A stretch of 63,791 nt of DNA, the filler included, from Phoronis australis (taxonomy: Eukaryota; Animalia; Phoronida): the NCBI GenBank assembly GCA_002633005.1. It is 7 parts of 7 records of this genome, joined end to end, with 100 filler letters (N's around TTAATTAATTAA, not from the genome) between each part and the next. Parts side by side here need not be neighbours in the genome. Positions count along the whole stretch, not along the records: positions 34,583 to 37,131 come from NMRA01003618.1; positions 37,232 to 42,342 come from NMRA01000044.1; positions 42,443 to 53,805 come from NMRA01001698.1; 4 more parts are not named here. One strand, given 5' to 3'. The position numbers and the translations under genes are program-made. The notes beneath the pieces are model-generated. The model had not been told where the DNA came from. It searched no databases and saw nothing but the letters and a program-made list of their open reading frames with translations. Below, one piece after another: positions 37,085 through 50,106 of this stretch (positions within the stretch are counted from its first letter, which is position 1; each line of letters starts with the position of its first letter).

Positions 37085-37760
37085 GTGAGCAAATAACAAG
37101 AGCACGTGCGTTTAAAAATCTTTAGTTTCCGNNNNNNNNNNNNNNNNNNNNNNNNNNNNNNNNNNNNNNNNNNNNTTAATTAATTAANNNNNNNNNNNNN
37201 NNNNNNNNNNNNNNNNNNNNNNNNNNNNNNNGTGAATCTTCTTAAACCTGTAAACCATGAAAATTTCATTGAGACAGTTTTGTTCTACTAACATGTTCAA
37301 CTAACATTCCGTTCATGCAAGTCGGTCAGTACGTTTGCGTTTAAGTCATTATTGCAACAGGTAAGTGTTGTTTTGATTTTTGTTTGGTGTTTCCATATTT
37401 TATTTTGTTATGTACTCCTCTCCTCAGATAGTCACTGTTATTTTTCAAAAACATTTCAGCCTGTACTTATAATGAGACTTCAGTAAACTCGCGACTGTTC
37501 ATACATGTACTTTAAATGTTAGCTGAAGTGTGTAGTGTCCATCAGCAGAGACCTGTAGGAAGAATAATTTTCCATAACTGTAGCAAATATATGACGCAAT
37601 GAAATAAAAACCGTCAACATAGATGGATTGTAATTGGTTAAGTATGTATTAAGAAAGAAAATTAAGTATATTAATAGTAGATCGGTTCTTGAATTGCCTG
37701 GTTTACGTCCTTCATGAGTTCACGCTATCCCAAATTGAATGCTTTCGTTTTTCTTTTCAG

Positions 37761-37869
37761 GTCGACACTAGTCGATTCTTCTAACAGTCGTGATCTGGCC
37801 AGTAGCCTATCGTATCAACGTGCCCAACAACGGTCTTGGCAGGGGGGTGCACCTAGCAGACTCCCATAG
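37761..37869 (+). CDS. Possible terminal exon of an unidentified gene
   Basis: Strong acceptor ttttcttttcag; upstream donor CAG|gtaagt at 37360; frame STLVDSSNSRDLASSLSYQRAQQRSWQGGAPSRLP*; AATAAA at ~38558. Could be non-coding. Confidence 0.3.
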
Positions 37870-39650
37870 AATTAGTGGTTCAAAATCGACATTGGTGTGC
37901 AGGTGGGGGGGGGGTGGCGGCGTAAATTAGTAGTGACTCAGGGAGACTGAGATGCGCGAAATTGACGACCGTGGACGGCGCTAAACTGGTGACGACCAGA
38001 AGAAACGGCCCTGTTATCTTCCACGCAGATTATCAGAAAATTTTAACGTTTATCAGTTCCATGTCATCCACACACAGATTTCACAAGTCAGAGTTTTCAC
38101 TGTGGTTAAAAACGTACGCGAACCCAGATGTGTTAGGTCACCTCAGTTGCATGGAGACGCGCCAGTGTATCACTGAGTTAACATCGGGCGTTTCAAAGGC
38201 TGTGGATGAGAAAGTGTTTAATTGTAAAAAACGGTTGGGTGAATTTTGGTGTTGGTAACACTTGAAATTGCATTCGTTTTCTAGACAACGCCCTTATATA
38301 TACAATATGTTAGTTAATCGTGTCTTGAGCCGCGCAGCACTGTACTAGTCCACGCATTCCCATCGTTTGCACTAGGCCTAAACATGTAGAACGACAGCGC
38401 TTCTTCAACAATTCAGACGACTACCAGGACGACGAATGGGGATCACGAGTCGATGAGAAACTACTCATTTTACTGTTATGATTGTCTTTGTAATCTATTT
38501 TGTGTAATTGCTCATTCGAAGTTTTCATGTTGAAACTGAGCTTTCAGTTAATACGGAAATAAACGTGTCAGAGTTAACTTGCGTTTCGGTTTGTAACCAG
38601 CAGACAATGCATGGATACGTTTAACAAACAAATATATGCTATGTTCTCGTCATTGTTCATCACTTTCTTCATTGAACTCGATCGATACCACATCCATTAC
38701 TGTTACGTTTAATGCAAAATTCGTTAAAATTGAGAAAGCGCATGTTTAGATCAGTGGTCGGGAACCCTCTTTGTGCGTCGAATACGCAAGTCCAGCTTTT
38801 TATTGGGAAACAATGCGTTGACAGCGCAAACTCGACATTTTTTTATTGAGAAAACGAATTTTTACAAAAGAGAATCAGGTGTCTGCAGCGTTTCATGCAC
38901 GCCAACAACGCAAACCAGACCCACTCATTGGAAAGCCCATATTTGTCACCAGGAAGACTCTTTTTTCACAACGCAGCCCGATATTTCAAGTGAGATAGCG
39001 CAGTTTTGAAAAGATTCCGTCACTTGCCGAGAACGGTTTTTGAGCATCGGCAATGCAAGACGAATATTTCATATTGAGAAAGCGCATCTTTGAAAAGAAG
39101 AACCAACACTTGTCGGGAACGGTCTTGTGCGTCGACAGCGCACATTTCTTATTGGGAAAGCCAGAATTTCAAAAATTAAATGATCGCGCAGACCATTTGC
39201 GTCTCATTTACCTGCAATTGTACTGCTATCAAATGAACGAGCCAGCAATGTTGATACTACGACTGCTCATCGAAATAATGTACACTCACGAAATTTGGAC
39301 ACTAGCGGAAACCCAAATTTGGAGGTCCGCCAAATTCGGACACCACAGAAATGATGTTTCGCGAGATTCGTCCAAGAATGAATTTTTTCTATTGGAATTA
39401 ATTTTCAGTGTCCGAAAATCACGCGACTTTACTGTACAAACTATGCTAAGAGTGAAGTGTTTCATAATATTTTTGTATAATTTTAAATTTTACCATCATA
39501 CACACTTGAAAAAACGTCATAGTCTTAATCTGTTTTCAATGGCGCCATCGATAATCGAGAAGAATTCAAACGAAAATGACTGAAGTGACATTGTCAGTCC
39601 AAAACAGGATCAGTGTGTGTGTATCAGCTGTTGCTTTCCAACTTTTGCAG

Positions 39651-39770
39651 GCGCTCAAGTGAGAGAGTTCTGTCCCTTTGGTACAAGAGAAGAATGCGGC
39701 AAGCTTAATGACTCTGCTGGTGCATGCAAGAAGCTTCACTTTAAAAAGATTATACACAAACATACTGATG
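39651..39770 (+). CDS. METTL3: m6A methyltransferase catalytic subunit, CCCH zinc finger 1 exon
   Basis: ttgcag / gtaagt boundaries; AQVREFCPFGTREECGKLNDSAGACKKLHFKKIIHKHTD resembles METTL3 AQVQEFC..GTKEEC..C.KLHF..II.KHTD. Confidence 0.9.
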
Positions 39771-40274
39771 GTAAGTGAGATGTTCTGGCCTGGACAGGGG
39801 TCAATACAATGTCACGCCCCCTGTTATTTGCAACATCTACATCCTTGTAGGTGCTATGCTGCTTGGGTTTCTCTAGATCCATAATGACTGGCCTTGTGGA
39901 TCCCCTTGTTCAAAAGTTTTGCATGCACCAGTGATGAGATGGCAGGGGTTGGCAAAGGGTAATTTATGGCAGGGGTTGACAACAGGTAATTTTATTTTAG
40001 ATGTAGTGAATTTTTAGTATTGACAGATGTAACTAAATATCTACTTGCAAAACAAATTTAACATTTTGTTTTATGAAAATTCTGTTAATAATTTTTACAT
40101 TCTAATTATTCTCTTTAGTTCGTATCACTACAAAACGCATGTTTTGTCAATACAAAACAATGAAAAAATTATAACAGAGCTTTCAAAAGTCATAATGTCA
40201 TCATCAGGAATCTTAAGACATTACAGACCTGTGTATTTTATGTAGTATCTAAATTGTGTGTGATTGTTTTCCAG

Positions 40275-40330
40275 AAACTCTGGGTGACTGTTCATTTCTC
40301 AACACATGTTTTCACATGGACACTTGTAAG
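40275..40330 (+). CDS. METTL3: METTL3 zinc finger 2 exon
   Basis: ttccag / gtaaga boundaries; ETLGDCSFLNTCFHMDTCK is a near-invariant METTL3 motif. Confidence 0.93.
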
Positions 40331-40950
40331 GTAAGATTTGTTAATTTAATACAAGAATGGGTCCAGGACTCTGAGTCAGGAAAGGAAGGATCAATAACCA
40401 ATCTAGTCAACATGCCAAAAACGTGTTCCTGCAAGACATAGCGTAGGAAATTCCTTTACTACCCATGTGTGGACTTTCTGAATCTCAGCTCTTGCCATTT
40501 ACTTATGAAAATTAAGTGATTTTCAAGGAAGTCATGGCCCCTTGATCCACCTCTGAATCCACCATTGTTAATTCTAAACTTATTTTGCACAAAAGTAATT
40601 GCCGACTAAACTCTGTCACTTTTCCATTATTTTGGTACAAATAATGGAAACTTTATCGAATCGTGTTTTCTTAGCATCTAAACAATACAGACCATGTTAG
40701 TAATAGACTAATTTTTTCTTCATCATTATTTTGATGAAGAATTGTGACAATTAAGTAGAATGTCACTTGGAGGCCATATTATGTGCTAAATAGGTGAAAA
40801 TTATTGTATTCGTCATTCTCAGCATTAAGACTTTTCTTACATTGTCACTTAGATGGTCCAGGAGTTGTTGTTTTTTCTGAGCGTTACATGTTTATTTAGT
40901 CACTTATGAGTAGTTGGTCTCTTCATATGTTGTCATTTTGTTTGTTCTAG

Positions 40951-41067
40951 TATGTACATTATGAAATAGACGCATCTGATCAAGCAGAGAAAATGGATGT
41001 CAGTTCAGCAGCCATGACACCCAATATCACTGTGGGGGGTGACAAAGTGACACTGATTCCTCCACAG
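40951..41067 (+). CDS. METTL3: METTL3 ZF2 end / linker exon
   Basis: ttctag / gtaact boundaries; YVHYEIDASDQAEKMDVSSAAMTPNITVGGDKVTLIPPQ, with the YVHYEID and PPQ landmarks. Confidence 0.9.
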
Positions 41068-41619
41068 GTAACTGATAGTATGGATCTCACTGCCATTAGA
41101 TCAATGTACTTGATATATTGACAATGGTTGGTGCATGTCACCAGTTAATGACTTGCGTCCAGATGGTATTGTGATGCAGCATCAGTGAATTAACTCAGGG
41201 GTGCACTCCAGTCAACCTAGTACCTATCTTGCTAGGTTGATGAGATTATCGAGTCTTGGTGAGATATTATCTTGTATTCCAAGGGAAGTATGTAATCTCG
41301 CTGCTTCTCGCTCATGAGTGGATTAGTGTGTAAAATCTCACCTATTTCGGACAAAAGTGATGTCAGATCAAAATTGCCATTTTATTCATTTCACAAAGGT
41401 TTATAGCATTGTTGTGAGTGCCAATTTTTTTGGAAATACACAACCTGGTGGTGGCTGTGGTACAGAGCTTGAACACTGAAAAGCATTGATTTGGTGCTGT
41501 ATGTCTTTTATGGAAAAATCGAGAAATTAAAACTTCACTACTCTGCTGTTGTGTCCTGGTGAGATTTTGCCACACTACATTACATAATGGGTCCGAGGTG
41601 TTCCCAATCAACCACTTAA

Positions 41620-42342
41620 AGAGTTCCCACCATGCATTTTTTTACTTTTTCAGGTTTCAGTTAGCTAATATGAATCGAATACCATAAAATCTTGCTAAAT
41701 AGGCACTTTTTATGCCAAATAGTGGCAACTTTTTTAATTTTGAAGAAAAATTACTTATTTCTAAGTTTCCCACCAAATGATGCAATGGGTGGAAGACGGT
41801 TGGTCGCTTGACAATCATTTGCAATGTCGGAACACTGCAGGTCAGAAGACAATGACAATATTAGGCGAGAATTGGACAATTATTATGCAGACAAAGAAGG
41901 GAGTGGATATGGGCACTTATACTCAAGTACTTGAAGAATCAGACAATGAATTCGATTTCCCATTTAGCGAACTTTCGTCGGGTTTCAGGCCGTATGAACT
42001 CAACCCACTTGCACGAAAAATGACAAATGTGAGCCACAACCAACTTTACCAAGTGGTGGTCACTACTCACAAAATAGACACTTAATAATTACTGACAAAG
42101 GCCACAGCCAACCTGGGTTACTCGTATTCACTATTACCGTGATGGGATGAGCACAGTCTAAACACAATATGCATAAGCCTACTTGTAGTAGCACTCGATC
42201 TCGGCCGGGGTCCAGGGCCTGGCATCACTCGCCCTAGAATGGAAGCAGTTTGTTCGTTATTTACAAAATTTGCAAATGCACTTACTTGGTGGTGAGTCCT
42301 TCATTGTAATGCCGCTTATGTGTGTGGTCGAAACACGATTCT
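41620..42342 (+). mobile_element. Decayed Kolobok-type element with KolX-like relic, cut by a spacer
   Basis: Starts TTAA|AGAG; ORF segment ESDNEFDFPFSELSSGFRPYELNPLA and later ITRPRMEAVC resemble the KolX PY.FEP and CIT.HP.F.AVC motifs. Confidence 0.4.
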
Positions 42343-44737
42343 NNNNNNNNNNNNNNNNNNNNNNNNNNNNNNNNNNNNNNNNNNNNTTAATTAATTAANN
42401 NNNNNNNNNNNNNNNNNNNNNNNNNNNNNNNNNNNNNNNNNNGCGTTGTTCTTACATGCTCAAACCGACTGTCGGATGATACTGGAAAACATGAATTGTG
42501 AAGTTCTAAGGTGTCGCACCACGTGTGTAGACTAACGTATATGTTTCTAATACAAAGTCTGTGCTTGAAGTTGGATTTAGCTGGCTGAAAGCGAAAGTGA
42601 AATGGGGCCTTTTATTCCGTTAAAAGGTGATAAGAAACTACCAGCGACTCGAGGTACTTCCGAGTATATCAGGGCATGGTTAGTCTTAAAATTGCGAATT
42701 CGAAAATGGCGCGCGTGCGCATAGCATGTAACTTGAGTTGGAGACTCGTTCTGGGCAACAATTAAGGACGTGGTCATGCTTTGGAAACGTTAAGAGCTTC
42801 AGTCAAGAATTCAACATTAACATCACTGTAACGAGATAAACAGACTATATTGAAATACTGAAAGTGGTTCTCTGGTACTGAAACAGCATAAAATCTGCTC
42901 ACCAAGTATTTTTAGGATTGTTCGTAAATTTTTTTAACTTCTGTTCACGTCAATGCCTTTTCTTTTTTCTTTTTCAAATTTCAAAAAACAATCTGTCATC
43001 TCCTCGACGCTTCGTTGATTTTTCTTCCCCAAGGCAAAACATGTCTCTTTATTTGGTATGCAGGGCCGTAGGAAGCGAGGGGGGAGGGGGCGGGGGGTAC
43101 GTGCCCCCAAAAATTTTCAGGCGTCTGGGTTAAACCGTGGCAACCGACATAGGCGTGGTGCCGGGGACAGTCGAGAAAAGAAAGACTGCGAAAAACGGAT
43201 AAGAGGGAAAATTCAAGAGAACATTTAACAAATCTGCATCAGTGCATGGTTTACCTTTTGAGGACCCTGGCCAGGACACTGTCGTTTGGGTCTTCGCTTT
43301 TGCGGCACAGGTCGTCTAAACGCACACATATATTTCGAAAAATCGAGAAAATTTGTAAAGCGAAGCTTTTGCGGAGCGTACTAATTAACTGGATGTTTAA
43401 ATCCAATAAGTCAATTTTGCGAATGCAAAACTACATTTTTTCCAGAGGTCCCTCTCTGGCAAAGGATAACGGAGTCAACTTTGGCTTTATTTTTTTCTCG
43501 AAACTGTATGTCACTTGAGAAAAAATGATGACCTGACAGATAACTTCAATTGCTGCGCATTTCCTGATATTTGAAAATATAGACATTTTCATATTTAGGC
43601 GCCCCGCCCTTGAAGGAAGTCATTGAAGACATTCAAGTGGCCACCTTTTAGTGTTTTTATTGATAAAATCTTACGGGGCCGGTCACGGAGAGAGAGCCAA
43701 ATGTTGGAATCGATTACCTCTATTTTCCTGTTTTGTGTGAAATCGTGGTTTCATGTTGAAGGAGGTCACTCCTTTCATCGTTTTGGGACCACACGACGAT
43801 GGGATGAACTGTCACTTTTTTCCAAGCTTAATGATGTTTAGCCTTTCATCTTACGTGCCCCATTTCAGACGGTGCCCTCTCTCGGTGGAGCAGTTCGGGG
43901 TGAATGTCCCTTTATCCCTCTATATACATGTATATCTGCGCGTGCAGGACAAGTGTACACAGGCACTATACTGATCTGCGCGTGCACAAGTGTACACAGG
44001 CACTATCCGCGCATGCACGACAGGTGTATATGGTTGATAAAATTTATTATAAATGATTCTTTAAAAAAGATTAATTTCGACTATTTCTAAGAATGGTATG
44101 ACATGTTATAAGATGTTGATAAGTATATTAACGAATGGTGTAATATAAGATCAAAGTTTTTTCATCAGCCCTCGTTATTTATACGAATTCTTGTCACTGA
44201 CCAAAAACGATCCTAAGAATAATGCTGTACACGATGATCAGACTGACATATGTGAACGATGATCAGTCTCACCAGAATTCATATCAACCAAAATGGAGGT
44301 ACAAGATTTTTACACAAGCATTACTTATTCTAAGTTTAGAAAATATGATTAAGACAGTGAAGAAGACGAACAGTACACAATGTCTATTTTGTTACGTACA
44401 ACTTCATTAAGATTGACGGTAAATATAAGGGCCAAAACTAAACCTTTGAACTAGCAAGGAGCAATGTATAATGCATACAGAAGAATGCAACAGTCAGGGC
44501 ACGGACTCCTGTGTACATCCTGAGGGGCGTACATGTAGCTAGGATGGAGGGAGATTTGTCTCGTGTGTAACCCTCTCCGGAAGGGAGGGGGCAGGGAGAG
44601 GCGACACAACAATTCGTGATGATCGGCATTAAACATTTTAGCATCAGAAATATTACATAGATTCATTCAAGTAAGTCAGGCAAATGCATTTTAATTAATA
44701 ATCCACTGGTGCCACCTGCTGCCCCAAAATGTTGTAC

Positions 44738-44801
44738 CAGAGGGTTCCCGTTCAATCCCAGAGGGTTCCCGTTCAATCCCAGAGGGTTCCCGTTCAATCC
44801 C
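44738..44801. repeat. 21-bp tandem repeat x3
   Basis: ccagagggttcccgttcaatc repeated exactly. Confidence 0.95.
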
Positions 44802-45239
44802 GTCCTGCAGCCATTCTATTGCTGCTTATAGTTGCTAAATGTAAACAGAAACATCAGAACGTTCTAGAAACCATGTGTAGTTAGTTGTTGCAACAAGAGG
44901 GGGTTACATATATCAAACTTGACAAATATCTGTGGCGTTGGCGCATTGAATTTTGGAATTAAATGCTGAATGACGTCAATATGAACATGTGTCTTAAAAT
45001 GCTACGCAATATTGCCAAAAGTCAAACTTTAATAATTCTGCTAAAACTTATGATTGCCTAAAGGTATTTCAATAAACACAATATGCATTCATTGACTAGC
45101 CTTGGTGCAACACAAGCTTCAAGTTGTAAGACATATCAAATCCATGTAGAAAAAATATTCTATAAAGAGTTCGTCCCACCCACTTGTTAGACGAAGTACA
45201 GGCTCTAATTCCTATTTTTGGTTGTACTAATTGTCGTAG

Positions 45240-45510
45240 CTCGCTACATAAATATAGACAATCTAAATCCGTGGTCATGACCATAATATAGAATAGTGCA
45301 CTTAATATATCGACTCTCTAAATCTATGGTCATGACCATCAATACAGAATAGCGGTACATAGGTAGACACTCTATATCCATGGTCATGACCATAAATATA
45401 GAATAGCGGTACATAGGTAGACACTCTATATCCATGGTCATGACCATAAATATAGAATAGCGTGCTACATATATAGACATTCTAAATCCATGGCCGTAAC
45501 CATAACATAG
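45240..45510. repeat. ~54-56-bp minisatellite, about 5 copies
   Basis: tagacactctatatccatggtcatgaccataaatatagaatagcg units with the internal palindrome atggtcatgaccat. Confidence 0.9.
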
Positions 45511-46418
45511 CATAGAGCACTAACGCCTGTGTGTAAATTAGACACTGCCAAGTATTCACGGTGGAAGCTGAGATTCCAAATTCATCAAAAAGAAAAAAAA
45601 AAAAAAAAAAATTCTTGCACAACACAGCCATTCGACCCAAACAATCAAAAATTTGAAAAAATACAGTAGGATTGCCACCATCGAAAGGGAGGAATTTTGA
45701 AGAACGTGAAGACCACAACTTGTGAATTACACAAAAGGACTATTTCCGATGGTTAGTTATAAACTAATGTTACTGTTTCCCGTGGTATAACAAGAATAGC
45801 ATCTCTTTTGAAGATGGTTACTATGAGTTGTTTGTAAAGTATTCCCACTTGTGGAAAACACTGCTGTCTAAGCTACTAATTGTAATAACCGTGTACATGT
45901 CGAAAGGGGTACTCAACTTAAGAACTCTCGCAATCATAAATAAAGATTTCAACGTTTTTTTGCCAGTGAAGTTCAAATTTACATCGTGAACCGTTATAGG
46001 TACCTCTGAAAATACACCTTTACACGAATACCCCATTTCCCATATTCCTCCGGTTACCCGTCAAATGTCTGCGAGCATGCATGCGGAAATTGCGTATAAC
46101 ATTCCTGTTTGAAGAATATAAATCGGTAAATAAAACAACAAGAATGGATCAACTGAAATTTGAAATTTTCGGATGTAATAACTTCCTTTATCAACAAAAA
46201 CAGAAATAAAGTAAAATCAAACACAAAATGACAATTGACCTATAAGATATGGTGTAATGAAAATGATACATTTTTGCGTAAAAAATTCAATGACATATTT
46301 TAAGAAGTTTTTATGTTCAATCCATGAGGTTCTATTGTATTAAGTTTGTCTACCCAATATTATTCTCTTTTAAGTCTGTGAGGGGTACTGGGGTGTTGGA
46401 GTTTTTCTATTATTTGTG

Positions 46419-46547
46419 CAGAAAGATCTTGAATATTATGTTTTTTGGAATTGATTAAATACAAATACTCTATTGGAAACAGCATACGTTGGATTAAATA
46501 CAAATATCATTTCAATTCCAAAAACCATAATATTCAAGATCTTTCTG
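46419..46547. mobile_element. 129-bp MITE with ~35-bp TIRs
   Basis: tgtg|cagaaagatcttgaatattatg..ttggaattga ... tcaattccaa..cataatattcaagatctttctg|tgtg; apparent 4-bp TGTG duplication. Confidence 0.75.
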
Positions 46548-46559
46548 TGTGAGGATAGC

Positions 46560-48200
46560 TTTGACGGATGGGTCGGTGACCCCAGCTAGCGACCTCGTCA
46601 CTTTTCGTAGTCAAGGGAATTAAATAGTCTGAGGGAACATTGTCCTGTCCTTTTCTGTACTCTAGGCTGTTGAAAACGGCACTAAGCCGATCATTCCAAC
46701 CGTGAATTTACCGCGTTTTAGTGCCTGTGCCGGTCTGACTCAGCATTGATGCAAGTGCTGAGTGGTCTGTACGTATGGTCAAATGTCGTCCTAGCGGGAA
46801 CTTCTTCCAATACTCAGAGAAGTGAACGACTGCAAAGGCTACACGCTCATTCATTGCATAGGATTGCTGGCGCTCATCCAGCGTTTTGCTGCCAAACAGA
46901 ATGAGCACTTCCTTTCCGTTTTGAATTTGTGACAGTACAGCACCCATCAGATGCGTCTGTGGAGAGGCCCGCTAATGTTGCATGCAGGGTCGAAAAGGTC
47001 ATAGTTCTAAATTCTGACACAGCAGAGCTTTCAGTGTGTCAAATGCCTGGTGACACTGTGTCCACACAAACTGTATGTGAGGGCACGTAGTGGGTCGGAC
47101 ATCTCAGCAAAATGGTCCAAGAAATCTTTGTAGTAGTCGAGTAAACCTAGGAATCATTGCACGTCCTTCAGAGACTGATGCATTACGGACAGCGGCAAGG
47201 TTTGCAGGGTCGCCGGGTTTCACTTTGTTGTGGGAAACGATGTAACCTAAGTATGGTAACTCTTCAACACCCATGACGCATTTCTTGGAGCTAACGCGTA
47301 GGTTATTTTCACTCAACCGTACGTGTAATAGGTTGTCGAGATTAATGGTACAGTTCATCCCACTTGTGACCCATGACCGCAATGTCGTCTATGTAGGCCT
47401 TGCACCCATGTAGGCCACTGACAATGTGGAGATGATCGAGGTACTGGAAAACGGGCGCTGTCAGTAAGATCCATAGGCAGGCGGCTGTAGGCATATAACC
47501 CCTTGGGTGTAATTGTAGTACTAAACAGACGACTCTCAGCTTCGAGCAACGTATTAAAGTAACCCTACCAAATATCAATTTTAGCATGATAATACTTGGC
47601 GCCTTGCAAATCCTGGATGTGGCTGATGACGGGGAAGGGAAATCGTGAAGGTATGACTTGACGATTCAAGCCTGTAAGATAAGTAGTAATACGCACGGAA
47701 CCATCCGATTTATCCACAGTTACCAGCGGGTGTTGCCACAAGGGTCGCTCGTGTGGCTGGATTTTGGACCATATTCCCTGCGCATCCATTTGGTCAATGC
47801 TTTTTGCAGCTTCTGCACGGCGGTAATACTGTATCGGCCGCAGGGAGGCACGTGTAGGCACAGCATTAGGTTGCACTTGTATGATATGGGCAAAACCAGG
47901 AAACAAGCCAATGCTAGGTTCTGTAACCTTAGGGTACTTGCTTATCAGACGAAGGTAGACATCTCGGGTGCGGCAGCTTGTAGTAACTGCTTGAACTGAC
48001 TGCATAGGGTCATCCAGTGTGATTAACTGTAAAGTAGTAATGAGTTCCCAGCAACAGGCGCACACTGGTTGGAAGTAACGTAGATTGTGAGTGTAGCAGA
48101 TCGATTTCCATGATGTACCATGGTAGAAAAGTGCATGCCCTAAATTGTAGTACCATCAAATGTGTTGACTTTAGTATCGGTGGGTGTCAATGGCAAGGCT
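46560..48200 (-). mobile_element. Decayed Gypsy/Ty3 LTR retrotransposon pol (RT-RNase H)
   Basis: Frameshifted motifs WQHPLVTVDKSDGSVRI, ITPKGLYAYSRLPM, KAYIDDI and GAVLSQ..GKEV..FGSKTL..RTDHSAL. Confidence 0.9.
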
Positions 48201-50016
48201 TTGAATGATTTATCGTAACGCCAAGTTAGTGAAAATTGTCTTGGAAAACTGTCGATTTTGGAAATGATGAACAGACAAATTGAACGAAAGTTTGGTTAAA
48301 AATCAACTTTTAATTGTAACAAAAGTCAAATCTAAGATCTTTCAAATGAAAACAAGTTCTTTTCTGCATGAATTAAGCGATCAGTATCAACACTGAACTC
48401 GATTACCTTTGACCAGTGAGTCAGTTGACATTAGGATTGAAGATTTATAAAAAACTTGTACATGTAATCCTCTTGTTTTCTTCCATCAACATTTATTTGA
48501 CAACTGCATGTCAACTAAATACAAATAAATCCGTTTGAAGTTTGAATTTGCAAGAATTGTTATTTGTAAAGGGTGTCGTGTTCTTAAAGACAAAATTAAG
48601 AACGAAAGCTATTTCTGTTCGTCTAGAGTTTTCATCAAGCAAGTGCGAGCACAAAAACTTTGTGGCTTTAGCCAGTCCTGCAAAAGACACTTCAGAGCAT
48701 TTGGGACGGTGTAAACTACCGCATAAATCAAGGCCCGTGGCAGAGTATTAGCTCAGTCGTACTATCCAGGATAGGAAAATTTGTGACTGAGCAGGACCAG
48801 TCGTGGAGTCAAATCATATGCGATGTTCATCGAAGAGAATTTGGTGCCGGTTCTCACACAGGGAGAAAGTGTCTGTACCCTGAACACCCGAGACCTTCCA
48901 GAAGAAAATCTGAGCGAGGTATTAACTTCAACATTTCACGATGTATATTGGCTCGGTTTAGACAGGCTCAGAATTTGTGGAACCTTCGACTTCAAGAGCC
49001 ACAAGATCAAATGTCACAGTTGCAGTTATATGATCGAACTTTGCTTTTCTAGTGCACGCCATATATATTTTGTCGTAGTTAATCGTAGTTTGTAGTTTAG
49101 GTGAAATGACAATACTCAGTACAGTGGCGTAGCGAGCACCTCTTGCCTCCCGTCCACACATCACTCAAGTGGCGTCCCCACTCCCGATTGGTAGCTGTGT
49201 AACCCCCTCCCCCCAGTTTTTAGATGCCTGATGTTTCCTTGGACGACACCTGTTTAGACCCCCCCTCCCTTCGGCAGGCGCCCGGCGGCATCTGACCCTC
49301 TGTCTTGTAGCGGCACAGAGTCAGTCGTTCGGTATGTTTGCTATGAAGTCCAAATCATTCTGTTGAACTGCGTATACATAATGCTTGTCAAGAAATGCGT
49401 CATTAATAAAATTGTCTTTCATGAATTGTTTTCTCTTGACCTTGAATGTATGCATTTCCATGCCGTTGAAGATTGCACTGTCAGAAATATTCAACATTGG
49501 GTGGCCCGCGACCGGTTTGGAGATTGAAATTCGTAGCAACGTGAGAGACATTACAATATGTTCACAAAATTACAATGAGTTTTGACCGAAATGAAGATTT
49601 TTTTCACTGAACAGAGGGCCATAACCTCCTTAGGTTTCTCCCTTCCTATATGCCAGTGGCTCTCATAACGAAGATAAAAAACACGAGTATGGCAGATTCG
49701 GCTGGTAGTCCAGTCTCCATGTGAACAAACACCTACGACATCTATCACTTAGACGAAGCATGCATGCCAGTCAAAATTTATGAATATCATTTTTGTAATA
49801 AACAATAATCATCAGTGTGATTTTGAGACAATGGTAATTAGTAGAGCTGTCTGATTTTTTTTTACTAAAATACAAGCTTTTTATGCCGTTTCTGCAAGCT
49901 AATTACCAGACGTTGCGAGATGTTACTTTCGTCAAGAATTGTTTAACAAATATTTTGGCGAGCTTTCGTGTTCCATGGGTCAAAATAGATACACTTGTAC
50001 TTGAGCCCGGTTTGCA

Positions 50017-50106
50017 GGCACACGAGATTGCCCCTTGTAGGGGCACACTAAAACTGCACGCACACGAGATTGCCCCTTGTAGAGGCACACTAAAACTGCA
50101 CGCACA
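50017..50106. repeat. 42-bp tandem duplication
   Basis: gcacacgagattgccccttgtag.ggcacactaaaactgcac x2. Confidence 0.9.

Noticed and set aside
39053-39583. 176-aa ORF as an upstream METTL3 exon
   Set aside because: No METTL3 similarity; overlaps direct repeats (38730-38810 / 39075-39160) typical of a transposon arm.
41110-41330. Next METTL3 exon or an intronic ncRNA
   Set aside because: The W.CD-like codons at ~41164 run into a stop and lack the expected downstream motif; the tcaacctag/ctaggttga hairpin looks like a SINE remnant that I could not define.
48400-49800. Short ORFs possibly from a decayed transposase
   Set aside because: No catalytic or family motif could be recognised.
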